The notes under the pieces are model-generated. The model did no database searches. It saw only the letters and a list, made by a program, of their open reading frames with translations, and was not told the origin of the DNA. Shown in pieces: positions 9,739 through 21,215 of a stretch of 64,000 nucleotides of DNA (the first letter of the stretch is position 1; every line of letters begins with the position of its first letter). The translations under genes and the position numbers were made by a program. Source of the DNA: a bacterium (GTDB lineage Bacteria; UBA8248); NCBI GenBank assembly GCA_965213625.1, contig CBDBZU010000004.1, positions 1,152,001 to 1,216,000 of the forward strand, in the 5' to 3' direction.

Positions 9739-11043
9739 ATGCTTCGTTGGGCGATTTTACTCATCACCTTGTTGCTCGCTTGGCCGCAAGCCGCGGACGC
9801 CCAGCGCGAGATAATCGACTTTTACTCCCCGACCGCCAGAAAGACACGATTGGCTATCCCTGAGTTCCGCCCCCTTGGTTCTGAGCGCGACCCGTTGGGT
9901 CTGAAGATCGCGCAAGTCATCGAATCCGACCTCAAGCGCAGTGGCTTGTTCTTTATTCCTAACCGCAAGGGTTACCTGGAGAATCCCCTGAGCGCTGGTA
10001 TTCGAAAGGACGAGCAGCGTTTCTCCGACTGGAGCAAGGTGGTCAAGGTGGAATACCTCATCAAGGGCGGCTACACTGTTTCCGGAAAAACCATTACGGC
10101 AGAAGTCTACCTGTACGATACGCTTCGTTCGGCCCAGGAACTCGGCAAGCGCTACCGCTACTCAAAGAGCGGCTGGCGTTTACTGGCCCACCGGTTCGCC
10201 AACGCGGTGATCGAGCGCTTCACGGGCGAAAAGGGAGTGTTCGACACGCAAATCGCATTCGTCTCGAGGCGCTCGCTCAAGGATCGCGGAAAGATCTACA
10301 TCATGGACTGGGACGGGGCCGAACTGAGGCGCGTGACGCGCAACGGCATGGGGAACAACACGCCCGCCTGGTCTCCGGACGGAAGATGGATGGCCTATTC
10401 TTCGTTCAAATCCAGGCCGCCCGGCGTTTTCTTGCTGCCCACGAACGGCGCGCGCGAGTTCAAGGTGAGTTCTTCTCGCGCGCAGGCTATCGGAGGCGCC
10501 TTTTCTCCGAATTCGCGCTACTTCGCGTTCGCCGAGTTCGTGGGGCGAAACTATGAGATTTTCCGCTACGATTTGCGCACCCGCGTGAAGAGGAGGCTCA
10601 CGCGAAGCTTCGGGATCGACGTGTCTCCCACGTTTTCGCCGGACGGTAAAAAAATCGCCTTCACGTCGAGCCGATCGGGGAATCCCCATATTTACGTCAT
10701 GAACGTGGACGGCTCCAGCCCGAAGCGCATCACTTTCAAGGGAAAATACAATACCGAACCTGAATGGAGCCCCCGGGGGGATAGAATCGCCCTCACGAGC
10801 CGCATCAAACGGGGGAAGGAGATCGACATCGCCACCATGAACGTCGACGGCACCGGTCTTCGCCGCCTCACGGGCAGCCAGGGTCGAAACGAATCTCCCA
10901 CCTGGTCTCCCGATGGTCGGCACATCGCCTTTTCCTCCGACCGGACCGGCAGGAAACATGTATACGTGATGACCTCCGCAGGCACGCAACTCAAGCAACT
11001 TCAGCCAGGACAGGAACCCGCCTGGTCACCCACCTCGAGATGA
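9739..11043 (+). CDS. tolB: Tol-Pal beta-propeller protein TolB
   Basis: GGGAGG RBS before ATG 9739, signal peptide MLRWAILLITLLLAWPQAADA, and PD40 repeats (PAWSPDG, PTFSPDG, PEWSPRG, PTWSPDG). Confidence 0.95.
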   Translation: MLRWAILLITLLLAWPQAADAQREIIDFYSPTARKTRLAIPEFRPLGSERDPLGLKIAQVIESDLKRSGLFFIPNRKGYLENPLSAGIRKDEQRFSDWSKVVKVEYLIKGGYTVSGKTITAEVYLYDTLRSAQELGKRYRYSKSGWRLLAHRFANAVIERFTGEKGVFDTQIAFVSRRSLKDRGKIYIMDWDGAELRRVTRNGMGNNTPAWSPDGRWMAYSSFKSRPPGVFLLPTNGAREFKVSSSRAQAIGGAFSPNSRYFAFAEFVGRNYEIFRYDLRTRVKRRLTRSFGIDVSPTFSPDGKKIAFTSSRSGNPHIYVMNVDGSSPKRITFKGKYNTEPEWSPRGDRIALTSRIKRGKEIDIATMNVDGTGLRRLTGSQGRNESPTWSPDGRHIAFSSDRTGRKHVYVMTSAGTQLKQLQPGQEPAWSPTSR

Positions 11044-11089
11044 AATCTCGTAAATCGGGCAATATCTATCGAAAAAACAAGAAATAGAC

Positions 11090-11118
11090 TTGCCCATCAC
11101 GCATTCGGCCATTATACT
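11090..11118 (+). promoter_or_regulatory. Putative internal sigma70 promoter for pal
   Basis: TTGCCC (11090-11095), N17, TATACT (11113-11118) in the 188-bp tolB-pal gap. Confidence 0.6.
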
Positions 11119-11231
11119 TTGCTTGCAAATGTCTGTGGATGAATGAAGAGGGGAAGAGTTTCCGCTCCGTGTAGTATCACGCTTCTCACTCTGAACATAT
11201 ACGAACGAGAGACTCCGAGGGGGATGTCTGC

Positions 11232-11822
11232 ATGTTGTTATCGGGCCGCATTAAATCTTTTCAATCATTGTTGATGACTGCGATGCTCGTATTCGCAGTG
11301 GGTTGTGTGAAACAAACGGTGGAAACCGAAGAACTACCGCCGCCCAAACCGCCGGCTCCCATGGTGAGAAAAAAGCAGCCTCCTAAACCCGTGATGAAAA
11401 AAGAAATGGACGTAACGGAGATGGAGCGTCGTCGCAAGCGCGCCGCTTTCAAGCGCTCGTTGGCCGAGTTTGAAAACGATCTGGTGTATTTCGATTTCGA
11501 TAAATCGGAAGTCCGCCCCGACATGCGCGCGGTCCTGGACGCCAAGGCCCGCTTCCTGCAGGAGTTTCCCAGCATTCGCGTGCAGATCGAGGGACATTGC
11601 GATGAGCGCGGAACGGTGGAATACAACATCGCGCTCGGGCACAGGCGTTCACAAAGTTCCAGAGATTATCTCGTCTCGCTCGGTGTGAAGCCTTCCCGGG
11701 TTGATACGGTGAGCTATGGCGAGGAGCGTCCGGCCGACTCGCGTTCCAACGAAGCGGGATGGGCCAAGAACCGGCGGGCGAAGTTCAACGTCATCGGCGG
11801 CATTCCGGCGGGCATGAATTAG
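11232..11822 (+). CDS. pal: Peptidoglycan-associated lipoprotein Pal
   Basis: Lipobox FAVGC and OmpA-like domain VYFDFDKS, IEGHCDERGTVEYNIALG, SYGEERP, NRRA. Confidence 0.95.
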   Translation: MLLSGRIKSFQSLLMTAMLVFAVGCVKQTVETEELPPPKPPAPMVRKKQPPKPVMKKEMDVTEMERRRKRAAFKRSLAEFENDLVYFDFDKSEVRPDMRAVLDAKARFLQEFPSIRVQIEGHCDERGTVEYNIALGHRRSQSSRDYLVSLGVKPSRVDTVSYGEERPADSRSNEAGWAKNRRAKFNVIGGIPAGMN

Positions 11823-11853
11823 TCGCTCGGCTGTCCTGCGCATAAGAAAAGGG

Positions 11854-11890
11854 CTCCCCGTCGGCACATGCCGCCGGGGAGTTTTTCTTT
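11854..11890 (+). terminator. Intrinsic terminator-like hairpin after pal
   Basis: CTCCCCG-T-CGGCA / TGCCG-C-CGGGGAG stem followed by TTTTTCTTT. An upstream A-rich tract suggests it is bidirectional. Confidence 0.75.
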
Positions 11891-12892
11891 ATGAAAACCT
11901 TCAGGATTTCCAGACTTAAAGCGTTTTCGTTGGTTGTGCTGTCTTTTGTTTTGCTTGGTTGCCCCGAGGCGGATTCCCCTGTGGGCGGCCCGAGTAAAGT
12001 CATCCCGGCAACTCCTCCCGCGCCGCCCGCTCAGGTCGCTGCGCAGAATCAATCGGTGGATGTTGCGGCTATCGAGAAAAATCTGCGAGGCCTCAGGCAC
12101 GGGATGCGAAATCAGGAGCAGCGCATCGAGGAAGCGCGCGAAGTGATCCAGGGGATTACGGATGAGGTAGAGCGCGCACGGAAAGATTCTGAGGAATCTC
12201 TCGAAAAAGCCGGGAAGACCATCGCGAAACTTCAGGAACGGATCGAAAAGCTCGAAAACGAGATGAAACAGTTGCGCTCGAAGGCTCCTTTGGTGGCTGC
12301 GCAGAAAAAGGAGGAAGTTGTCGTCACGCCGGTGGGTTCGCCGTCCCGGATGTTGCCTGTAGGCGCTCCTCCCGCCAACATGCTGATTGCATCTGCAGGC
12401 TTACCGCAAAACCGGGAGACTGGAGACGTGGGCGTGCCTGCCCCGGACAAGCGCGTCTCCGTAATACCCCCGGAGCCGGTGGTTCAAACACCCGAGCCTC
12501 CACCCGCGCCGAAGCTTCCCGACCCGGAAGAGGACTATACCCAGGCCATTCGCGTCTTGCGCGATGAGAAAAATTTCGTGAAGTCGCGCGATCTGCTGAA
12601 TAAGTTCATCTCAAAATACCCCACGCATGAATTGGCGGATGATGCGCAGTACTGGATAGGGCAGTCCTATTTTCAGGAGAAGAGTTTTGAGCGGGCTATC
12701 CTGGCGTTCAACAAAGTGCAGGTCGATTACGCCAACGGAGACAAGGCGCCGGAGGCCCTGCTTCTGGAAGCGCTGTCGTTTTTGAACATAGACGATCGCG
12801 CGAGCGCCCGGGAGTTGCTTGGCCAGGTGATTGCCAAATATCCCGATTCGAGCGCGGCGTCCACCGCGAAAAAGCGCCTCGAATCGCTCTGA
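11891..12892 (+). CDS. cpoB: Tol-Pal associated protein CpoB/YbgF
   Basis: Coiled coil plus C-terminal TPRs typical of YbgF (FISKYPTHELADDAQYWIGQSYF, KAPEALL, VIAKYPDSSAA), directly after pal. Confidence 0.85.
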   Translation: MKTFRISRLKAFSLVVLSFVLLGCPEADSPVGGPSKVIPATPPAPPAQVAAQNQSVDVAAIEKNLRGLRHGMRNQEQRIEEAREVIQGITDEVERARKDSEESLEKAGKTIAKLQERIEKLENEMKQLRSKAPLVAAQKKEEVVVTPVGSPSRMLPVGAPPANMLIASAGLPQNRETGDVGVPAPDKRVSVIPPEPVVQTPEPPPAPKLPDPEEDYTQAIRVLRDEKNFVKSRDLLNKFISKYPTHELADDAQYWIGQSYFQEKSFERAILAFNKVQVDYANGDKAPEALLLEALSFLNIDDRASARELLGQVIAKYPDSSAASTAKKRLESL

Positions 12893-14992
<2,100 letters not shown>

Positions 14993-15080
14993 CCTGCGTT
15001 TGCTCCTTTTTCTATGATCTAAGGCATATGTCACGTAACCACATGAACCGACACATCTTTATTCTCATGGTAACCTTCTC

Positions 15081-15962
15081 ATGAGCCGGGTTCGCAAGGC
15101 TGTTTTTCCCGTGGCGGGGCTCGGTACGCGGTTTTTACCCGCCACAAAGGTGATCCCGAAAGAGATGCTTCCCATCGTGGACATTCCGCAAATCCAGTTC
15201 GGCGTGCAGGAGGCCCTGGATGCCGGCATCGAGGAGATCGTTTTCATCACCGGACGCGGAAAGGTCTCTATGGTGGACTACTTCGACGTCGCCTTCGAGG
15301 TGGAATCCTATTTGCGCGACAGGGGTGAGGAGCGATTATTGGCCGTGGTAGAGGAAATCTCGCAAAAGGCACGCATAACGTCCATCCGCCAAAAGCGTCC
15401 TTTGGGGCTGGGCCATGCGATATGGTGTGCGAAGCCGGCCGTGGGAGATGAGCCCTTCGCCGTTATATTGTCCGATGACGTTATCCGGAGCAAAGAGCCC
15501 GCCATCGGCCAGTTGGTCCGTGTATTCGAGGCGCATGGCGGTGGTGTGGTCGCGGGTCTTCGGGTAGAAAAACACGCGCTTTCCAAATACGGTGTCATCG
15601 AACCTTCCGGTGAGCCGTCGCCTGCCCCTGGCGTCACGCCGCTCAAGGGTATGGTGGAAAAGCCGGAACCGGAAGATGCGCCCTCAGATGTCGCCATTAT
15701 CGGTCGCTACGTTTTGCCGCCCGAGGTTTTCGCAATCCTCGAACGTGTAAGGCCGGATGCGAAAGGAGAAATTCAGCTTACCGACGGGTTGCGGGGGCTA
15801 TTGAAGCGTACCAGTCTTTTCGCCTATGAGTTTGAGGGAAAGCGCTTTGATGCAGGTGACAAACTTGGTTTTTTGGAGGCGACGGTCGAGTTCGCCCTGG
15901 AGCGTGAGGATATCGGCCCCGCATTTCGGAATTATTTAAGGAGATTGACAGCCTCATGGTAG
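15081..15962 (+). CDS. galU: UTP--glucose-1-phosphate uridylyltransferase
   Basis: KAVFPVAGLGTRFLPATKVIPKEMLP, LGLGHAI, VEKP and GEIQLTD. Confidence 0.95.
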   Translation: MSRVRKAVFPVAGLGTRFLPATKVIPKEMLPIVDIPQIQFGVQEALDAGIEEIVFITGRGKVSMVDYFDVAFEVESYLRDRGEERLLAVVEEISQKARITSIRQKRPLGLGHAIWCAKPAVGDEPFAVILSDDVIRSKEPAIGQLVRVFEAHGGGVVAGLRVEKHALSKYGVIEPSGEPSPAPGVTPLKGMVEKPEPEDAPSDVAIIGRYVLPPEVFAILERVRPDAKGEIQLTDGLRGLLKRTSLFAYEFEGKRFDAGDKLGFLEATVEFALEREDIGPAFRNYLRRLTASW

Positions 15963-16035
15963 CGGAAGAATCTGCGCCAGACCCCGAACCTCCGGGGCGG
16001 ATACATCTTCAACATTTTCAGCCGGGAGGCATTGA

Positions 16036-17310
16036 ATGATGGATGCCGACCTGCTCTTCCGGTTTATCGCCTTCGTTTTCCTCATGATTTGCTCCGCCGG
16101 ATTCTCGGCCAGTGAGACGGCGCTTTTCTCCCTTCCGCGTCCCCGGGTGCGCGCCATGCGCCGGGAAGGCGGTATGGGCGAACGGATATCCGATCTTCTG
16201 GACAGGCCCAGGCGATTGATCACCTCTATATTGATGGGCAACGAGATTGTGAACATCGCTTCTTCCGCGTTGTTCACGGGCGTCGTGGTGGCTTATCTGG
16301 AGCCCGGGAAGAGGTGGCTCGCGCCCGTGTTCATGACGCCGCTGCTCATGGTATTCGGCGAAATCACGCCCAAATCCCTCGCGGCGCGGTATCCGGAGCG
16401 GTTTTCGCGTTTGCTGGCGTATCCCATATCCGTTTTCGCGCGGGTCATATCGCCTTTGCGGTGGGTCTTTCTGCAGGTGGCGAACGGCGTGCTCTCCATC
16501 CTGCGCGCGCCTTCGCACGATCCGCAGAGCATCTTGATGGAAGACGAGTTTCTGCATCTCGTGGACGCGGGCCATGCCGAAGGCGAACTCGAAGAGGGCG
16601 AGCGCGAACTCATTCACAATGTTTTCGGTTTTCACGACAGGACCGTATCCGATGTGGCCGTGCCCCGCACGGATCTGGAATGTTGGGAGATGAGCCTGCC
16701 TATCGCCGAAGTAATCGATCGCGTTCGCACTGCCACGCATTCGCGCATTCCGATATTCCGGCAAGACAGAGATCAAATAGTGGGCATCTTGTACGTCAAG
16801 GATTTTCTTCGCCAGGCGGGGCGAAAGAATTTTGGCCCAGAGGAGCGTCTGACGAAACAGATGCTGCGCGACCCCCTCATCGTTCCGGGCGGGATGAAGC
16901 TCGACCACCTGTTCCGGCGGTTTCGGCATGAGCGTACCCACGTCGCTATCGTTCAGGACGAGTTCGGCGGCACCCATGGCTTGGTGTCAATGACGGATCT
17001 GCTCGAGGAAATTTTTGGCGAAATCAAGGATGAGCACGAAGAGGTCGAAGAAGCCTGGATTACGGAAGAAGGTGAAGATTCATATCTGTGCCAGGGTCGT
17101 GTTCCCTTGGCCGAATTCTCGGCGGTGAGCGGCTGGGAACTGCCCGACTATGAGGCGGCGAATACGGTAGGCGGCGCTGTCTTCACGCTACTGGGTCATG
17201 TGCCTTCGGTGAGCGAGCGGGTTCGGTTGGGGAACGTGGAATTCACGGTGCTAGAGACGAGTGGTTCTCGTGTTCTCCAGGTGCGCGCGCGAAGACGGGA
17301 GGATGGCTGA
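16036..17310 (+). CDS. CNNM/CorB-type membrane protein (DUF21 + CBS pair + CorC/HlyC)
   Basis: SAGFSASETALFSL, ILMGNEIVNI, FGEITPK, HSRIPIF and DEFGGTHGLVSMTDLLEEIFGEI. Confidence 0.9.
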   Translation: MMDADLLFRFIAFVFLMICSAGFSASETALFSLPRPRVRAMRREGGMGERISDLLDRPRRLITSILMGNEIVNIASSALFTGVVVAYLEPGKRWLAPVFMTPLLMVFGEITPKSLAARYPERFSRLLAYPISVFARVISPLRWVFLQVANGVLSILRAPSHDPQSILMEDEFLHLVDAGHAEGELEEGERELIHNVFGFHDRTVSDVAVPRTDLECWEMSLPIAEVIDRVRTATHSRIPIFRQDRDQIVGILYVKDFLRQAGRKNFGPEERLTKQMLRDPLIVPGGMKLDHLFRRFRHERTHVAIVQDEFGGTHGLVSMTDLLEEIFGEIKDEHEEVEEAWITEEGEDSYLCQGRVPLAEFSAVSGWELPDYEAANTVGGAVFTLLGHVPSVSERVRLGNVEFTVLETSGSRVLQVRARRREDG

Positions 17311-18562
17311 AGTGGATATTTTTTCCGTCATCGTCGTCGGCTTCTTCCTCCTCTTGGCGGAGGCGTTGTTCTCGGGCGCGGAGATCGCCATCGTTTCGGC
17401 GGATCGCGCTCGCCTGCGGGCCAAGGCGGAGGGAGGGAACAAAGGCGCGGAGATCGCCTTGCAACTACTTGAAAAACCCGAATGGCTCATGGGCACGATT
17501 CTCACCTGTCATAACGCGAGTTTCGTGACGAACGTTTCCCTGGCCACCATAGCGTCTATCAATTTCGTCGGGCCCGCATACGGCGAAGTGCTTTCGGTCG
17601 CCCTCGTGATTCCGCTCCTCGTGGTGTTCGGAGAGGTAGTCCCCAAGGGCTATTGTCAGGCCCGCGCCGACGTGCTCGCCCCTTTGCTGGCGCGCGTCGT
17701 CTGGGGCGCCAGGCTAATCGTATATCCCTTGGTCTGGCTCATCAGTTCGCTCATCGGCGTCTTTCTGGGGCTGAGAAAACGAAATGGGGAGAGCACCCCT
17801 TTCGTCACGCGGCAGGAACTCGAATCGCTGGTGGAGGAGCAAAGCGACGGAGACGTACAGGTCCTCGAGCGCCAGATGATCGGCCGCATCTTCACTTTCG
17901 GCGAGCTGGACATGGAAAATGTGCTCGTGCCGATCGTGGATCTATCGGCGGTGGATGAAGACGGTACGGTGGAGGAGGTGATACAGCGGATCGAGGACGA
18001 CGGCCACTCCAGGATTCTTGTCTACAGAGAGAACCTGCACCACATCGTCGGCGTTGTTCATGCGAGAGACATACTTGGGCTGGGTCCAGACGCTGCGGGA
18101 TGCCTCAAGGAAAAGGAGGATCTCATCCGAAGCGTCTACTTTGTTCCAGAAACCAAACCAGCCGATAGTCTTCTCGATGAGTTGATGAGCCGAAAGGACA
18201 AAATGGCCGTGGTGGTGGATGAATACGGGGCCTGCACCGGTATCGTAACCATGGAGGATTTGGTGGAGGAGATCGTGGGTGACATAGCCGATGAATACGA
18301 TGTCGACGAGGTCCGTCTGTTCCACAAGTTGGGTGGGGATCAGTATATGGTCGATGCACGCATGGAGGTCGAGGACGTGCGTGAGACGCTTGAGTTGCCC
18401 GTGCCCGATGGAGACTACGAGACGTTGTCGGGTTATCTCCTGGAGCGGTTCGAACGAATTCCAAAAGAGGGGGAGAGCATATCCCTGGAGGGCTGGACTC
18501 TCACTGTGCAATCGGCGAACGAGCGGCAGATAGAGACCGTTCGGCTGGAGCGAAACGGCTAA
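17303..18562 (+). CDS. CNNM/CorB-type membrane protein, second paralog
   Basis: GGGAGG RBS and ATG 17303 overlapping the upstream gene's 3' end; FSGAEIAIVS, FGEVVPK, GHSRILVY and VVDEYGACTGIVTMEDLVEEIVGDI. Confidence 0.9.
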   Translation: MAEVDIFSVIVVGFFLLLAEALFSGAEIAIVSADRARLRAKAEGGNKGAEIALQLLEKPEWLMGTILTCHNASFVTNVSLATIASINFVGPAYGEVLSVALVIPLLVVFGEVVPKGYCQARADVLAPLLARVVWGARLIVYPLVWLISSLIGVFLGLRKRNGESTPFVTRQELESLVEEQSDGDVQVLERQMIGRIFTFGELDMENVLVPIVDLSAVDEDGTVEEVIQRIEDDGHSRILVYRENLHHIVGVVHARDILGLGPDAAGCLKEKEDLIRSVYFVPETKPADSLLDELMSRKDKMAVVVDEYGACTGIVTMEDLVEEIVGDIADEYDVDEVRLFHKLGGDQYMVDARMEVEDVRETLELPVPDGDYETLSGYLLERFERIPKEGESISLEGWTLTVQSANERQIETVRLERNG

Positions 18563-18622
18563 ATAGTGATTTTTGGTTGCGGCTCCGTGATGCGCTCTTT
18601 CGGTCAGAGTCCCTGTCGGTAA

Positions 18623-19708
18623 CTAGACTGACGGATCGATTTTCCGCATGACTTCGGGCGGCTCGACGCCCAGCCAGCCGCCGATCATCTCGAGCGTATC
18701 CCACTGGCTGGTTTCATAGGGGATGCCGTTTTTCTCCGCGTCCGCCTTTTTGCGCGCCTCGCGCTCTCCCGGAAGCAGCATCTCCGGCCCCCCGCAGCTT
18801 TGTATGTCCCGCACCGCCTCGGCCAGGCGCTTATTCGCGTCCTCTAGCGGATAGAGCGCATCCAGCCGCCAGGCCTCTATCGTCTGAGTGATGCGGGCGT
18901 CGGGTTGGACGCGCAGCGTCGGAATGTGTTGTGTCGAGCCGCCGCCGATTACGCCGTCCAGGTCCACCAACACGGCGAGGCCGGAACCCTTGTAGCCGAA
19001 CTGCGTCCCCCCAAGGGGCAGAACGGAGCCTTTGATCAATTCGCCATACGCCACATACCCGGAAATGACCTCTCCGTTTTCGTCAAGGAAGTAATCCTCC
19101 GGAATTGCCTCTCCCGCGCGGCTGGCGCGAATAGCGGGGCTCACGGCGCGTTGCGTGGTGGCCACGTCGATGACAATGGCCTGATCCCCGGCAGGCACTC
19201 CCCAGGCGATGGGGTTTGTTCCCAGGCGGATTTTGTTTCCCCCGAAAGGCATCATCCATGCGCCGGAGGTGCATGTAACGCGGCCGGCCAGACCTCGTTC
19301 TATGAGCGCCTCGACATACACGCACGCCGCTCCGAAGTGATTCGCGTTGTGCACATAGACTTTTCCGATTCCGTATTCTTCCGCCAAATCACCTGCGAGG
19401 CGCGTTGCATCCATCGCCGCCGCCGGGCCGATGCCGGCTTGCGCATCCATCGTGGCGGCGGCCCAGTTTTTATTTCTCTTGACGCTTGGCGTGGCTTTCG
19501 GGTCGATAGCGTCTTTTCGAATGCGCTCGACGAGTTCGCGCAAGCCGGTCCCGCCCGCCACGCCATGGCTCGATATTCCGCGCATATCAGCAGCTGCGAG
19601 GATTTCCGCCGTCACCCCGGCGCGCTCCTCGCAAGCTCCGAGGGCAGTGATGATTTTCGTGGCGAAACGAATGAGCGCTTCTTCGGAAATACGCATCTTT
19701 TCAGTCAT
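18623..19708 (-). CDS. Ldh_2 family oxidoreductase (malate/L-sulfolactate/ureidoglycolate dehydrogenase family)
   Basis: ADMRGISSHG, NANHFGA, LGTNPIAW, DVATT, GYKGSGL and LPGERE. Confidence 0.88.
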   Translation of the reverse strand: MTEKMRISEEALIRFATKIITALGACEERAGVTAEILAAADMRGISSHGVAGGTGLRELVERIRKDAIDPKATPSVKRNKNWAAATMDAQAGIGPAAAMDATRLAGDLAEEYGIGKVYVHNANHFGAACVYVEALIERGLAGRVTCTSGAWMMPFGGNKIRLGTNPIAWGVPAGDQAIVIDVATTQRAVSPAIRASRAGEAIPEDYFLDENGEVISGYVAYGELIKGSVLPLGGTQFGYKGSGLAVLVDLDGVIGGGSTQHIPTLRVQPDARITQTIEAWRLDALYPLEDANKRLAEAVRDIQSCGGPEMLLPGEREARKKADAEKNGIPYETSQWDTLEMIGGWLGVEPPEVMRKIDPSV

Positions 19709-19720
19709 GAAATTGGATTC

Positions 19721-20443
19721 CTATGGAAGAACGGTATCTTGTGATTGATGAACGGGGAAATCAACGACGAAGGATGCGCCGCCCTTGGGAGGCGTCGTGA
19801 TTTTAAGATGTCCGCCCAGGATGAGGGCGGTGAGGTGGCTTCGGTAGAGACCGATTCCAATACCCCGAAACGAGCCCAGTTTCTCCAGGTCCTTCGCCAT
19901 CCAATCGGTAAATGACTCGAAGCGAGAGGAAGGGATTTCGGCGTTGTTGTTGGTGGTCGATAAAACGATCCGGTCGTCTTGCCTCGCGAGAAGCGCGTGG
20001 ATGATGCCGCCTTCGGGCGCGATGTGTATGGCCGCATCAAGCAGATCGTCGATGAGATAAGTGAGCCTCGTCCTGTCGCCGGATATATCGAGCCGGGACG
20101 GCATTTCGGGCAAAAACCGGAAAGACGGGAAATTCCACAGCCGCTTGCCGATGCGTTCGCTGAGCAAATGCGCGAGATTTATCTCGGTGATTTCCAGGGT
20201 TACTTGCTGCGTTTCGATGTCGGCGGCGTCAGAAAGCGTTTCGATGAGGCGGTTCAAGCGGTGGATATTCTCGGATAAATCCTGAATCTCCTCACGCGCT
20301 TTCCAGGGGTCAGACTCTTCGGCGAGGGCGAGAAACTTTCTGTTGAGATGAGAGGCGGGCGTTTGTAGTTCATGTGCGGCGAGACGCAAGAACAAAGCCG
20401 CGAGTTGCTCATCTGAAGGTTGCTTCTCTTTTTCGTCTTTCAT
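19721..20443 (-). CDS. Sensor-less histidine kinase-like protein (DHp + degenerate HATPase)
   Basis: H-box AAHELQTP, GDRTRLTYLIDDLLDAAI in place of the N-box, GIGIGL (G2) and GGASFVVDFP. No transmembrane or sensor domain. Start ATG 20443. Confidence 0.75.
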   Translation of the reverse strand: MKDEKEKQPSDEQLAALFLRLAAHELQTPASHLNRKFLALAEESDPWKAREEIQDLSENIHRLNRLIETLSDAADIETQQVTLEITEINLAHLLSERIGKRLWNFPSFRFLPEMPSRLDISGDRTRLTYLIDDLLDAAIHIAPEGGIIHALLARQDDRIVLSTTNNNAEIPSSRFESFTDWMAKDLEKLGSFRGIGIGLYRSHLTALILGGHLKITTPPKGGASFVVDFPVHQSQDTVLP

Positions 20444-20460
20444 GTGGTTTTCCGGCTTTT

Positions 20461-20904
20461 TCAGTGTGATGATTGGTTGAGCGTGGCGACGGATTCCAGT
20501 ATGAATTCCGCTGTCCCGCTCGTCATCGGGTGCAAGGTGGATACCTCTGTTAACGGAACCCACTTGGCTTCTGATATGTCGCTTGCCGCCTGTAGCGTAC
20601 CCCCGGTGGGTTTGCATACAAAATCTATGAGTACGTAATGAAATTGCACGCGTCCCCAATCGTCCCGGGTGACGCGGTTCAATACCCGGCCCTCGGAGAG
20701 GATTTCCACATCCAGCCCGGTCTCTTCCTTGACCTCTCGCATACAAGCTTCCTCGAGGTCTTCTCCCAGGTGGACGCCGCCGCCCGGTATGCTCCAGGCG
20801 CCCATTTTTGGGGGTTGTCCCCGTCGGACGATGAGGACGTTTTCGTTATCGAGGATGATGGCTCCTACGCCGACAATCGGGCGAAGCGGATATTCACGAC
20901 CCAA
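20461..20904 (-). CDS. NUDIX hydrolase
   Basis: Nudix box GGGVHLGEDLEEACMREVKEETGL. Confidence 0.92.
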   Translation of the reverse strand: MGREYPLRPIVGVGAIILDNENVLIVRRGQPPKMGAWSIPGGGVHLGEDLEEACMREVKEETGLDVEILSEGRVLNRVTRDDWGRVQFHYVLIDFVCKPTGGTLQAASDISEAKWVPLTEVSTLHPMTSGTAEFILESVATLNQSSH

Positions 20905-21069
20905 CCCCTCGGCTCCTTAGTTGAAAGATGATAGAAAAACACTCGGTTTTTTGGATTGTAACGGTTTTATCTGGCCTATCGACTCCAAGATAGCATGTTT
21001 TACGCCCCAAAGGTTACGCCAAGCCGGTCGGATTTCGGAAAATGAAGGTATTCGCCGTCATTCATTCCG

Positions 21070-21098
21070 TTGACACGCCGGGATGCGGGCCGTATCAT
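21070..21098 (+). promoter_or_regulatory. Putative sigma70 promoter upstream of EamA gene
   Basis: TTGACA (21070-21075), N17, TATCAT (21093-21098). Confidence 0.65.
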
Positions 21099-21215
21099 TT
21101 TTTCGGTTTTTGAAGCCTGCCCTTTTGAGCTTCCCTGAATCGAGGGCGCTTTTATCCCCCCATCAGCCAAGAGGTATGCGTGGCGACCAGGGACGTCCGC
21201 GCCGGGGAGTCGCGT

